From Gemmatimonadales bacterium (lineage in GTDB: Bacteria > Gemmatimonadota > Gemmatimonadetes > Gemmatimonadales > GWC2-71-9): 64,000 nt of DNA. This document shows, piece after piece, positions 41,533 to 52,271 of this stretch. How positions within the stretch are numbered: position 1 is the first letter of the stretch; each line of letters begins with the position of its first letter. The position numbers and the translations under genes were made by a program. The DNA lies in NCBI GenBank assembly GCA_035526925.1, contig DATLBL010000017.1, positions 21,071-85,070 of the forward strand. Reading direction: 5' to 3'. The notes under the pieces were generated by a model. It saw only the letters and a list, made by a program, of their open reading frames with translations. It had not been told where the DNA came from and searched no databases.

Positions 41533-43130
41533 CGTGCCGCGCCCTCGGTCGGGGCGGACGCGGCGATGCCAGCGCGCCCGAGCACCCGTCCCGTGAAGCC
41601 GAGGTCGGCATGGCTGATGCCGGCGAAGATTGGCCACCGCTCGGCAAGGAGCTCGAACGCCTCGGCTGCCGTCGAGGGGGCATCGGCGCTCGGGCCGGGT
41701 CCGGCGAGGACCTCCCCGGCCACCCACCAGGCCGGCCGCGCCATTCCAGGCTGCGACCTGGCCTGCTGATAGCGCTGCAGGCGACGGTCGCGGTTGACGT
41801 ACGTGCCGTTCTCCTCCGCCATCGTCGTGACCGGCAGCACCAGCTCGGCGTTCCGCAGCGCTTCGGCGAACACGGTTCCCAGGATGACCACGAGTCCGGG
41901 TGCGGCGGCGAGCGCGGCTTCGTCGGCGGGATTGAGATCCGCGTCGAGGACGATCACCACGGCCGCGGAGAGCACCTGGCGCATGGCCGCTTCCCAGTGA
42001 GGCGTGTATCCGAGCAGCTCGGCGCCCGCCAGGTTGGGCGCGCGCTCCCGGCGGAGCGCCAGGTTCGGAATTCCGGGAAGCGGAGCTTCCTCGCCGATCG
42101 GGACCTGCACGGCCGCGGTCACGTCGAAGCCGTCGACCAGTCGGCGCACCAGACCGAGCGACTCGGTCGAGGCCCGCCCCGAGGCGAGCACCACGGCCGA
42201 GCCGGAGGCGCCACGCAGCACCTGTTCCAACCGTGCCAGCGCCGTGTCCCAATCGGTCGCGACGTGCCGCCCGCCGTCGCGCACGAGCGGGGCTTCGATG
42301 CGGTCGCCGCGGTTGAGCCAGCGGTAGTTCGACCGGCCGTAGTCACAGATGAAATGCCGGTTGACTTCGAGATTCGGCCGCGGCCGGATTCGGACGACGA
42401 CCTCGTCGCGCGTGTCGATGTTGATGTTGCAGCCCTGGGTACAGCCGGGGCAGACGCTGGCCGTCTTGTCGAGATCCCAGGCGCGCGCCTTGTGCAGGAA
42501 ATCTTTCGAGAGCAGCGAGCCGACGGGGCACAGATCCACGACGTTGCCCGCCCACGCGTGGTCGAGCCTTTGCGTTTCGCTGATGCCGATATAGGCACGG
42601 TCGCCGCGCTCACTCACGTTGAGCACGGGCTCGTCGGCGACGTCCTCCATGAACCGGACACAGCGGGTGCAGAGAATGCAGCGATTCGGGACGTACAGGA
42701 TGTCTGGGCCGAAATCCTCGACCGGGTTGTAGCGCTTGGCGTACTCCGCGTAGCGGGTGCCGGCGCGGCCCTCCTGGAACACGTAATCCTGCAGCTCGCA
42801 TTCGCCGGATTGATCGCAGATCGGACAGTCGAGCGGATGATTGATCAGCAGAAATTCCAGGACGCCCTCGCGGGCCTTCTTCGCGTTGGCGCTGTTGACG
42901 TGCACGACCTGACCTTCGGCCACCGTCGTCACGCAGGCGGGGAGCAGCTTCGGCGCCTTCTCCACCTCGACGAGACACATGCGGCACACGGCCGGGCTCG
43001 GCAGCGAGGGATGGTAGCAGTAGTGCGGCACCAGCACGCCCGCCTGCTTGGCCGCCTCGATGATCGAGGTGCCCTTCGGCACGCTGACGGGCATGCCGTC
43101 GATCGTCACACTGACCAGTTCTTCGGCCAT
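41529..43130 (-). CDS. nuoG: NADH-quinone oxidoreductase subunit G (short, 533 aa form)
   Basis: The N-terminus has a 2Fe-2S region (CYHPSLPSPAVCRMCLVEV). It is followed by HPLDCPICDQSGEC, CILCTRCVRF and CPVGS cluster motifs, then a shortened molybdopterin-oxidoreductase-like domain. Confidence 0.9.
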   Translation of the reverse strand: MAEELVSVTIDGMPVSVPKGTSIIEAAKQAGVLVPHYCYHPSLPSPAVCRMCLVEVEKAPKLLPACVTTVAEGQVVHVNSANAKKAREGVLEFLLINHPLDCPICDQSGECELQDYVFQEGRAGTRYAEYAKRYNPVEDFGPDILYVPNRCILCTRCVRFMEDVADEPVLNVSERGDRAYIGISETQRLDHAWAGNVVDLCPVGSLLSKDFLHKARAWDLDKTASVCPGCTQGCNINIDTRDEVVVRIRPRPNLEVNRHFICDYGRSNYRWLNRGDRIEAPLVRDGGRHVATDWDTALARLEQVLRGASGSAVVLASGRASTESLGLVRRLVDGFDVTAAVQVPIGEEAPLPGIPNLALRRERAPNLAGAELLGYTPHWEAAMRQVLSAAVVIVLDADLNPADEAALAAAPGLVVILGTVFAEALRNAELVLPVTTMAEENGTYVNRDRRLQRYQQARSQPGMARPAWWVAGEVLAGPGPSADAPSTAAEAFELLAERWPIFAGISHADLGFTGRVLGRAGIAASAPTEGAAR

Positions 43131-43152
43131 CGGTCTTCCCAGGTGACGAGGC

Positions 43153-44459
<1,307 letters not shown>

Positions 44460-44460
<1 letters not shown>

Positions 44461-44984
44461 TACGGATACCTCTGCAGGATGCCCGCCACAGTGTCGGGCG
44501 TAACGTTCTCGATGAAGTCGTCGTCCACGAGGATGGGCGTCGGAAACCCGCAGGCGCCGAGGCATTCGACCTCGATGACGGTGAACCGGCCGTCGGGGCT
44601 CGTGGCGCCGAGCTCGCCGCAGCCGCTCGCCGCCAGGAGCGCCTTCACCACGTCCTCGGCGCCGCAGATGTTGCAGGGTGAGGTGGTGCAGACCTGAATG
44701 AAATGCCGGCCCACCGGGTGGGTATGGTACATCGTATAGAAGGTCACCACGCCCTTCACGTACGCGGGCGTCAGCTCGAGCACGTCGGCCACCTCGCCGA
44801 TGGCCGGCTCGGAGATCCAGCCGCGGACCTCCTGCACCATCCAGAGCGCCGGCAGCAGGCAGGCCTGCTTGGTGGGGTAGAGCGCGAACAGCTGTTCCAG
44901 CTTCGCGCGCGTCTGGCCTACGAAGACCGGCTCGTGCGCGGTGGTCGCCGTACCGTGGCCGCCGTGGGCGGAGTGGGAACTCAT
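44460..44984 (-). CDS. nuoE: NADH-quinone oxidoreductase subunit E
   Basis: I placed the start at [11 protein letters not shown]. The 2Fe-2S cysteines lie in VCTTSPCNICG and ECLGACG. It has an ATGA overlap with nuoD. Confidence 0.95.
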
Positions 44985-46273
44985 CGGTCGACTTCTCCCA
45001 TCACGATGTCGACGCTCGCATTGATGGCGATCACGTCCGAAAGGAGCGCGCCTTCGCACATCTTGGGCAGGCTCGACAGGTTGATGAACGCGGGCGGACG
45101 GATGCGCCAGCGCACCGGCTTGGCGGTGCCGTCGGAGACGAAGTAGTAGCCCAGCTCGCCCTTGGGATTCTCGATCCCCATGTACGCCTCTCCCACCGGC
45201 GGGCTCACCCCTTCCATCACCTGCTTGAAGTGGAAGATCATGGCTTCCATGTCGCTCATGGCGCGCGACTTGGGCGGCAAGATCAGCCGGGGATCGGACA
45301 CATTGATCGGCGCCCCCTCGAGCCGCTCCAACCGCTCGACCGCCTGCGCCAGGATGCGGGTCGACTGCCACATCTCCTCGAGCCGAATCCGATACCGGTC
45401 GTAGATGTCCCCGAACTCGCCGACCGGCACGTCGAACTCGTACGTCTCGTAGCCGAGGTAGGGACGATCCTTCCGGACGTCGTAGTCCACCCCGCTGGCC
45501 CGCAGCATCGGCCCGGAGAGCGAATGGTCGATCGCCTCCTCCGCCGTCAGCGCGCCGACGCCCTGGGTCCGGCCGATCCAGATGGCGTTCCGGGTGAACA
45601 TGGTGTCCACTTCCTTGAGCGTGCTGGGAAAGGTGCGGACGAACTCCCGCAGTCCCGTCGTCCACCCCTCAGGCACATCCGCCATCATCCCGCCGACGCG
45701 TGTCACGCTGGGGGTGAGGCGGGCTCCGGTCCAGGCTTCCTGGAGGTTGTAGACCCGCTCACGCTCCTGGAACGACCACAGGAACGGCGTGAAGGCGCCC
45801 AGGTCGATGCCGGTGGTGCCGAGCCAGACCAGGTGGGAGATAATCCGGCTCATCTCGCACGCGATGACCCGCAGAACCTGGCAGCGCTCCGTGACCTCCA
45901 GGCCAAGCAGCTTCTCCGCCGCGAGTGCGAGGCAGACGTTGTTGGCCATCGGGGCGAGGTAGTCGGTGCGGTCGGTGAGGGGAATGATCTGATTGTAGAA
46001 TCGGTACTCGCCGAGCTTCTCGAAGCCCGAGTGGAGGTAGCCGACATGCGGAATACAGCGCTTGACCGTCTCGCCCTCGAGCTCGATGACGAGCCGCAGG
46101 ACGCCGTGCGTCGCGGGGTGCTGCGGGCCGATATTGACCAGCATGTGCTCGGCGCCGAAATCCTCGTCGAACGTCGGGCTCCCGTCACCGACGCCCAGAG
46201 GCACGCGCGTGGGGTGCCCCTGGACGTTGAGTCCCGGCGTGGCCAGCGCCATCTCCACCGTACGCAAGCTCAT
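44981..46273 (-). CDS. nuoD: NADH-quinone oxidoreductase subunit D
   Basis: This 430-aa protein contains [20 protein letters not shown] and a C-terminal MGEVDR-type end. Confidence 0.95.
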   Translation of the reverse strand: MSLRTVEMALATPGLNVQGHPTRVPLGVGDGSPTFDEDFGAEHMLVNIGPQHPATHGVLRLVIELEGETVKRCIPHVGYLHSGFEKLGEYRFYNQIIPLTDRTDYLAPMANNVCLALAAEKLLGLEVTERCQVLRVIACEMSRIISHLVWLGTTGIDLGAFTPFLWSFQERERVYNLQEAWTGARLTPSVTRVGGMMADVPEGWTTGLREFVRTFPSTLKEVDTMFTRNAIWIGRTQGVGALTAEEAIDHSLSGPMLRASGVDYDVRKDRPYLGYETYEFDVPVGEFGDIYDRYRIRLEEMWQSTRILAQAVERLERLEGAPINVSDPRLILPPKSRAMSDMEAMIFHFKQVMEGVSPPVGEAYMGIENPKGELGYYFVSDGTAKPVRWRIRPPAFINLSSLPKMCEGALLSDVIAINASVDIVMGEVDR

Positions 46274-46935
46274 CTCAAAAACCCCCGCTCACCGCGCGCC
46301 AGCCGGTCCCGGACATCGGCCGGGAGCTCGCCGTACGCTTCGGCGATCGACAACTCTTCCATGGAATAGTGCGCTTCGGGATTGGCGGCGAGCGCCTGAC
46401 GGGTCTGCTCCGCGCGGCTGAAATGCCCGCGCAGCGGGAAATCCTTCCGGAGCGGATGGCCCTCGGCGTAGGTCTCCCACATGAGAATGCGGCGCAGGTC
46501 GGGATGCCCGGTGAACGTGACCCCGAACATGTCGTACACCTCGCGCTCGAGCCAGTCGGCACCCCGCCAGAGATCGCACACGGAGCGGATCTCGAGCGGG
46601 CCGCGCTTGTCGAGCTCCGATTTCACCCGGAGATCGGCCTTGCGGCTTAGCGAGCGCAGCTGCCAGACGACCTCGAGCGGGCGCTCGGGATCGCGGTACT
46701 CGACCGCGGTCACGTCGGTCAGGTAGTCGAACGCCTGGCCCGGCGCGGCCTTGAGCCACGCGAGCACGTCGTGCGCGCGCTCGCGCTGGACGTAGACGAT
46801 CGTGTCGCCGCAGGACACCACATGGCGCGCGATGGCGGCGCCGAACTCGTCGCGGAGCGGCTGGACCGACGGCGACGGCGACGTCACGCGCTCCTCCGCG
46901 CACGCAGCTGCCGCCACACCCCGTGGGGCGCGCAT
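46270..46935 (-). CDS. nuoC: NADH-quinone oxidoreductase subunit C
   Basis: The translation contains [24 protein letters not shown] and has a ~45-aa C-terminal extension. The start is uncertain (ATG at 46935 or an internal GTG). Confidence 0.9.
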   Translation of the reverse strand: MRAPRGVAAAACAEERVTSPSPSVQPLRDEFGAAIARHVVSCGDTIVYVQRERAHDVLAWLKAAPGQAFDYLTDVTAVEYRDPERPLEVVWQLRSLSRKADLRVKSELDKRGPLEIRSVCDLWRGADWLEREVYDMFGVTFTGHPDLRRILMWETYAEGHPLRKDFPLRGHFSRAEQTRQALAANPEAHYSMEELSIAEAYGELPADVRDRLARGERGFLR

Positions 46936-46951
46936 GCTCGAACCGAGGCGA

Positions 46952-47581
46952 TCACGTGGACCGGGTCTGGTGGACGGAGTTCCCGAAGGGTTCGGAGAGC
47001 TCGTCGACCCGTTCGGGAGGCAGGTACAGGCCGCTTGGCGATACCGGCTTCTCGTCCCGAAGCATTTCGTCGGCGATGCTCTCGCCCATGATCTTCTTCT
47101 GGAGCAGCTGGATGCCGTAAATCAGGCCCTCCGGTCGCGGCGGACACCCCGGCACGTAAACGTCCACGGGGATGAGGGTGTCGATGCCCTGCACCATCGA
47201 GTAGTTGTCGAAGATGTTGCCGGTGGACGCACAGGCGCCCATCGAGATCGCCCACTTGGGCTGGGGCATCTGGTCCCAGATCCGCCGGAGCACCGGCGCC
47301 AGCTTGAACGGCACCCGACCGGCGCAGATGAAGACGTCGGCCTGTCGGGGCGAGAAGCTCATCCGTTCCATCCCGAAGCGTGCCAGATCGAAGCGGCTCG
47401 CCGCGGTGGCCATGAACTCGATGGCGCAGCAGGCGGTGCCGAACGGCATCGGCCAGAGCGAGTTGCTCCGTGCCCAGTTGGTGAGAAAATCCAGCCGGGT
47501 GGTGACCCAGTTGGGGGAGACCGACGACACCGTCGTCGCCTCACCGTCCCGGTATTCCGTGGCGGGATTGGTCAATCCCAT
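46952..47581 (-). CDS. nuoB: NADH-quinone oxidoreductase subunit B
   Basis: The translation contains [23 protein letters not shown] and VPGCPPRPE (N2 cluster ligands). It has a ~20-aa C-terminal tail. Confidence 0.95.
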   Translation of the reverse strand: MGLTNPATEYRDGEATTVSSVSPNWVTTRLDFLTNWARSNSLWPMPFGTACCAIEFMATAASRFDLARFGMERMSFSPRQADVFICAGRVPFKLAPVLRRIWDQMPQPKWAISMGACASTGNIFDNYSMVQGIDTLIPVDVYVPGCPPRPEGLIYGIQLLQKKIMGESIADEMLRDEKPVSPSGLYLPPERVDELSEPFGNSVHQTRST

Positions 47582-47937
47582 TGGAGCGCTCCCCGCTTCC
47601 AGATATAGACGTATCCCACCGCGAGAATCACGATGAAGACGAACATCTCGATGATGAGCAGACCCGCCATGTCGCCGAGCTGCCGGAACGCCACGGCCCA
47701 GGGGATCATGAACACGGTCTCGATGTCGAAGATGATGAACAGCATCGCGACCATGTAGAACTTGACCGAAAACCGCTCGCGCGCATCGCCCAGGACCGGC
47801 ATCCCGGACTCGTATGGCGCGATCTTGGTGGGGGTTCGGCGGTAGGTGGAGAAGACGTGTGACACGCCCAGCATCAGGATCGCGTTGGCGATGACGAACG
47901 CGATCAGGAGCAGGATCGGAATATACGGCTGCAGCAT
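47572..47937 (-). CDS. nuoA: NADH-quinone oxidoreductase subunit A
   Basis: This 121-aa, 3-TM protein contains YESGMP and IIFDIETVF. It is the first gene of the nuo string. Confidence 0.95.
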   Translation of the reverse strand: MLQPYIPILLLIAFVIANAILMLGVSHVFSTYRRTPTKIAPYESGMPVLGDARERFSVKFYMVAMLFIIFDIETVFMIPWAVAFRQLGDMAGLLIIEMFVFIVILAVGYVYIWKRGALQWD

Positions 47938-47960
47938 ACGCCTCGACGAGGAAGCGGTAT

Positions 47961-47976
47961 CGTGAATTTTTTCACT
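47961..47976. promoter_or_regulatory. AT-rich palindrome GTGAA-N4-TTCAC (GTGA-N6-TCAC) in the nuoA leader; Crp/Fnr-family-like operator candidate
   Basis: The sequence is cGTGAATTTTTTCACt. It lies between the predicted nuoA -10 (47987-47992) and the GAGG SD. It is the only strongly AT-rich patch in the nuoA-dcd divergent region. Confidence 0.35.
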
Positions 47977-47986
47977 TATCGCGAGG

Positions 47987-48015
47987 AAAGTAACCGACTT
48001 AGGAGGTCAATTCAA
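47987..48015 (-). promoter_or_regulatory. Candidate nuo operon promoter TTGAAT-N17-TACTTT
   Basis: The minus strand reads TTGAAT tgacctcctaagtcggt TACTTT. It lies about 50 nt upstream of the nuoA ATG, back to back with the dcd promoter candidate. Confidence 0.4.
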
Positions 48016-48038
48016 CCCGGCGGGGATCCGGCTATATT
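48011..48038 (+). promoter_or_regulatory. Candidate dcd promoter TTCAAC-N16-TATATT
   Basis: The + strand reads TTCAAC ccggcggggatccggc TATATT. It lies about 41 nt upstream of the dcd ATG at 48080. Confidence 0.35.
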
Positions 48039-48079
48039 CCCCGCCCGTTGCTCCGTTGAGCCTCCTGACCCGAGGGCGC

Positions 48080-48658
48080 ATGTCGATCAAATCGGACCGC
48101 TGGATCCGCCGCATGGCTCGCGAGCGCCAGATGATCGAGCCGTTCGTGGAGGCGCAGGTGCGGCAGACCGACGCGCAGGGACGGCGCGTCATTTCCTACG
48201 GGGTCTCGAGCTACGGCTACGACATGCGGGTGGCTCCCGAGTTCAAGATCTTCACCAACGTGCTGAGCGCCATCGTCGATCCCAAGAATTTTGACCAGCG
48301 GAGCTTCGTGGAGTTCGCTGGCGACGTCTGCATCGTCCCCCCCAACAGCTTCGCGCTGGCGCGCTCGGTCGAGTACTTCCGCATTCCACGCGAGGTCCTG
48401 ACCATCTGCGTCGGCAAGAGCACCTACGCGCGGTGCGGCATCATCACCAACGTCACGCCGTTCGAGCCGGAATGGGAGGGACACGTGACGCTCGAGATCA
48501 GCAACACCACCCCGTTGCCCGCGCGCATCTACGCCAACGAAGGCATTTGCCAGGTCCTCTTCTTCGAGGCGGACCCGGACGACATCTGTGAGACCAGCTA
48601 CGCCGACAAGGCCGGCAAATATCAGCGGCAAACAGGCGTGACGCTGCCGAAGCTCTAA
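48080..48658 (+). CDS. dcd: dCTP deaminase
   Basis: The translation starts [13 protein letters not shown] and contains [20 protein letters not shown] and [15 protein letters not shown] placed the start at the ATG at 48080. The track ORF starts at TTG 48056. Confidence 0.95.
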   Translation: MSIKSDRWIRRMARERQMIEPFVEAQVRQTDAQGRRVISYGVSSYGYDMRVAPEFKIFTNVLSAIVDPKNFDQRSFVEFAGDVCIVPPNSFALARSVEYFRIPREVLTICVGKSTYARCGIITNVTPFEPEWEGHVTLEISNTTPLPARIYANEGICQVLFFEADPDDICETSYADKAGKYQRQTGVTLPKL

Positions 48659-48672
48659 CCCGCAGGGCTCCC

Positions 48673-50679
48673 ATGCGACACCTCGTGCTTCTCGGGCTGC
48701 TGGCGGCGCCGCAACTCGCCGCCCAGCAGCCGGACTCGACCGTCCCGACACAAAACGCGCGTCCACTGAAGCTGCAGCCGGCGCTCAAGCCGCCGGTCGC
48801 GGACACCGGGATCTTCAGTCCGATCGTGCTCCCGCCGGCCAACGAGGTTCGGCGCGCCGATGGCGCCCCGGGGCCGCGGTACTGGCAGCAGCGCGCCGAC
48901 TACACCATCAAGGCCACGCTGGACACGGCGGCCAAGCGGCTCGTCGCGACCGAGCAGATCCGCTACGCCAACAACTCGCCCGACTCGCTCCGATTCGTGT
49001 GGATGCAGCTGGACCAGAACCTGTTCCGTCCGGGAAGCGTCGGATCGCTGCTCGTCGCCGCGGAAAGCCGGTTCGGCGGTGGGGGGTTCGCGGGTGGATT
49101 CGAGCTTACCGACCTGAGGCAGACGCGGATGCCGCTCCCGGTTGCGCCCGGGCGGCGGTCACGCGCAGCCGCGAGTGCCCCCGCCCCGCTCGAGCACCGG
49201 GTCGACGACACCATGATGTACGTGGAGCTGGCGTACCCGCTCGCGCCGGGCGAGGTCACCCTGCTCGACCTCGGGTACCGCTTCAACATCCCGGAGCATG
49301 GGGCCGACCGCATGGGGCGCGAGGGGTCGCTCTATGAGATGGCGCAGTGGTATCCCCGGATGGCGGTCTACGACGACACCCACGGCTGGAACACCGACCA
49401 ATACCTGGGCCAGGGCGAGTTCTATCTGGAGTACGGGGATTTCGACTACGAGGTCACCGTCCCCGCCGGGTTCATCGTGGCCGGCACGGGCACGCTGCAG
49501 AATCCCGACCAGGTGCTGACCCCGGCCGTTCGCGGCCGCCTGGCAGCCGCCGTGAAGTCGGATACCACCATCGCCATCATCACGCCCGAGGAGCTTGGCT
49601 CGGGGAGCGCGCGCCCCCGACGCGAGGGCACCCTGACCTGGCGATTCCGGGCGGAGCATGTGCGCGACGCGGCGTGGGCGGCCTCCCCGGATTTTCAGTG
49701 GGATGCGTCGGGGTGGGACGGCATTCTCGCCCAGGCATTCTACCGGCCGCAGGCACGCGCCACGTGGCAGGACGCGGCCAAGATGAGCCGGTTCTCCATC
49801 CAGGAGTACAGTACCCGGTGGTTTCGCTATCCCTACCCGCAGATCTCGGCCATCGAGGGTCCGGTGTCGGGGATGGAATACCCGATGGTCGCCATGGAGG
49901 CGCAGTCGGACGACGGCCCCGATCTGTACAATGTGATCACCCACGAGATCGGCCACATGTGGTACCCGATGATCGTGGGCTCCGACGAGCGACGGTATGC
50001 CTGGATGGACGAGGGATTCAATACGTTCATCAACACCTTTTCGGAGGAAGGCTACTGGAAGCGTGACGACAGCGAGACCCGGCGGAACGAAGTGCGTTTC
50101 GTCACCTCGCTCGACCAGACCGGCACCGCGCAGCCCATCATGACGCCGGCCAACCGCTATCGGACGTCGGAAAACCTCGGCAGCCTGGCGTACGTCAAGC
50201 CGTCGATCGTGCTCCTCGCCCTCCGGAACAAGGTGCTCGGACCCGAGGTCTTCGACGCGGCATTCCGCGAGTACACGCGCCGGTGGGCGTTCAAGCACCC
50301 GCAGCCGGCCGACTTCTTCCGCACCATGGAGGAGGTGTCGGGACGCGACCTCGCGTGGTTCTGGCGCGGTTTTTTCTTCACCACCGCTGCCCTCGATCAG
50401 AGCGTCGAGAGCGTCAGGCAGACCCCGGACAGCACCACGCTCGTGACCCTCCGCAGCCTGGGCGCCGCGGTCATGCCGGTGGAGCTAGAGCTGAGCTTCG
50501 GCGACGGGACCAGGGAATCGGTCAAGCTGCCGGTCGAAATCTGGTACGCGGGCAATCGCTTCGTGTACCGCGTGCGCACGAGCAAGATCATCGTCAGCGC
50601 GCGCGTCAACCCGGATGGCCAGTTCCCCGACGTGGTGCCCTCCAACGACGCCTGGGCGCCGCCGGCCTCCACACCCTGA
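48673..50679 (+). CDS. Secreted M1-family zinc metallopeptidase (paralog A)
   Basis: A signal peptide is followed by a GMEYPM exopeptidase-type motif, the zinc site HEIGHMWYPMIVGSDERRYAWMDEGFNTF (HExxH-18-E), and KHPQPADFFRTME. Confidence 0.85.
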   Translation: MRHLVLLGLLAAPQLAAQQPDSTVPTQNARPLKLQPALKPPVADTGIFSPIVLPPANEVRRADGAPGPRYWQQRADYTIKATLDTAAKRLVATEQIRYANNSPDSLRFVWMQLDQNLFRPGSVGSLLVAAESRFGGGGFAGGFELTDLRQTRMPLPVAPGRRSRAAASAPAPLEHRVDDTMMYVELAYPLAPGEVTLLDLGYRFNIPEHGADRMGREGSLYEMAQWYPRMAVYDDTHGWNTDQYLGQGEFYLEYGDFDYEVTVPAGFIVAGTGTLQNPDQVLTPAVRGRLAAAVKSDTTIAIITPEELGSGSARPRREGTLTWRFRAEHVRDAAWAASPDFQWDASGWDGILAQAFYRPQARATWQDAAKMSRFSIQEYSTRWFRYPYPQISAIEGPVSGMEYPMVAMEAQSDDGPDLYNVITHEIGHMWYPMIVGSDERRYAWMDEGFNTFINTFSEEGYWKRDDSETRRNEVRFVTSLDQTGTAQPIMTPANRYRTSENLGSLAYVKPSIVLLALRNKVLGPEVFDAAFREYTRRWAFKHPQPADFFRTMEEVSGRDLAWFWRGFFFTTAALDQSVESVRQTPDSTTLVTLRSLGAAVMPVELELSFGDGTRESVKLPVEIWYAGNRFVYRVRTSKIIVSARVNPDGQFPDVVPSNDAWAPPASTP

Positions 50680-50755
50680 GCGCGGCGTCCGACTCTTCCG
50701 CGCGGTCTCGCGGGCCCGTAGATTTTTCGGTCGCCTGACTCTCCCGGACCCGCTC

Positions 50756-52213
50756 ATGTCGCCGCCCGACTATCTGCTGGACCTGCCTGCCGACGAAGCC
50801 GCGCGCCTGATCGCCCTTGCTCTCCTCGAGCGCTCGGCCGTCGTCGCGCGCCGCCTGGCCGAGCCTACCGACGCCATGGCGCTCCACGATTTTCGCGTGG
50901 CCGTCCGGCGGCTGCAGTACGGCGTCAAGGTCTTTCGGACCGAGCTCGCGGGTGCCCTGCCCCGCCGGCTCCGGCGTCGGCTGCGTCGGCTCGCACGACT
51001 GACCGAGAACAGTCGCGACCTGGAGGTACGCCTGGCGTGGGAGCGCGCGCAGCGACCCGCACTGAGCGAGCGGGAGCAACCCGGTCTCGGCTGGCATCTG
51101 GAGCGATCGGAAGAGCAAAGAAGCCGGGCAGACCGAAGGCTCCGCAGGTTCGTCACGCGAAGATTCGAGAAGTTGGAGCGTCGCCTGCTGCGCCGCCTCC
51201 AGGCCTACCGCCGGAGTATCGAACGCGACCCATCCCGGCATCGGCTCGAGGCGGCAGCCGTGCTGGGTGCTCGTATCCGCCGGTTCGGCGGTAACCTCGA
51301 GACCCGGCTCGCCACGGTCCGCAATTCTTCCGACGCGCTTCCGGCCCATCAGGCTCGCCTCGCGGCGACGCGGCTTCGGTACCTGCTCGAGCCGATCCGC
51401 GACGAGGTGCGCGGCACCGAGGCGCTCATCGGCAAGCTGCGGGAGCTCGAAGACGTCCTCGCGGTAATCCACGAAAGTGGCACCCTCCGCGCGGAGCTGG
51501 GGCGTGAGCTGCGCCGTGCCGGAAGAGAACATGGTCGCCGCCTGCAGACGGCCGCCTGGCCGGGCGCCGCCGGCGCCAGTGAAGCCGACAGCGAGGCCGG
51601 CGACCCTCGGCCCGGCCTGCTGGCTTTGATGCGGCGTCTGGAGGAGCGGGAGGCGGCGGCGTTCGTGCGGCTCCGACCCGACTGGCTCAGCGGTGCGGCA
51701 ATCGAATTCTTCGATGCGGTAACCGCCGTCGGGAAGACGGTGGCCCACCACCCGGCTTGCGTCGCGGAGATCGAGCGGCGCTTCCTGCTGCGGGGCGTTC
51801 CGGCGACGGCCGCGGCGTTCGCCGTGCTCGAGCTCGAGCAAGGTTGGCTCCCCGGTACTCGGGTGGTCGAGCGGATCCGCCCACTTCATCGAGCCGATTT
51901 TCCCACCACCTACCGAACGGCGAAGCCGGCTGCCGCCGAGGCGGCGCCCGAGCACGCTGAGCTGGACCAGGCGCTGTTCGAGGAGATGTGGCCGCTGACG
52001 GCCGGGCGTCGCATCGCCAAGCGGCGCCATGTGGTTTCCGATTACGGGCTGCAGTGGGGCATCGACCAGTATCTCGACCGCGACCTCGTGCTGGCGGATG
52101 TCGGAATCCCCGGGCGGGATGTCTCCGTAGTGCTGCCCGAGTGGCTGCAGCCCTACATCATCCGCGAGGTGACAGGCGAGGGCTCCTACATAGGGCGCGC
52201 ATTGGCACGCTGA
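50756..52213 (+). CDS. CHAD domain protein with C-terminal CYTH-like (triphosphate tunnel) domain
   Basis: I placed the start at MSPPDYLL inside track ORF 50615..52213. The CHAD signatures are LHDFRVAVRRLQY and LRELEDVLAVIHE. The C-terminal ~148 aa begin EIERRFLL (a CYTH ExExK-like motif with K replaced by R) and contain LVLADVGI...LPEWL...REVTGEGSY. Confidence 0.75.
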   Translation: MSPPDYLLDLPADEAARLIALALLERSAVVARRLAEPTDAMALHDFRVAVRRLQYGVKVFRTELAGALPRRLRRRLRRLARLTENSRDLEVRLAWERAQRPALSEREQPGLGWHLERSEEQRSRADRRLRRFVTRRFEKLERRLLRRLQAYRRSIERDPSRHRLEAAAVLGARIRRFGGNLETRLATVRNSSDALPAHQARLAATRLRYLLEPIRDEVRGTEALIGKLRELEDVLAVIHESGTLRAELGRELRRAGREHGRRLQTAAWPGAAGASEADSEAGDPRPGLLALMRRLEEREAAAFVRLRPDWLSGAAIEFFDAVTAVGKTVAHHPACVAEIERRFLLRGVPATAAAFAVLELEQGWLPGTRVVERIRPLHRADFPTTYRTAKPAAAEAAPEHAELDQALFEEMWPLTAGRRIAKRRHVVSDYGLQWGIDQYLDRDLVLADVGIPGRDVSVVLPEWLQPYIIREVTGEGSYIGRALAR

Positions 52214-52231
52214 CGCCAGGCTCGCTACACT
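52202..52231 (+). promoter_or_regulatory. Candidate promoter TTGGCA-N18-TACACT upstream of M1 peptidase paralog B
   Basis: The + strand reads TTGGCA cgctgacgccaggctcgc TACACT. It spans the end of the CHAD-CYTH gene and lies about 40 nt before the GTG at 52272. Confidence 0.3.
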
Positions 52232-52271
52232 CCGCTAGCCACATTCGATTCACCTTCCAGCGAGAACGCCC

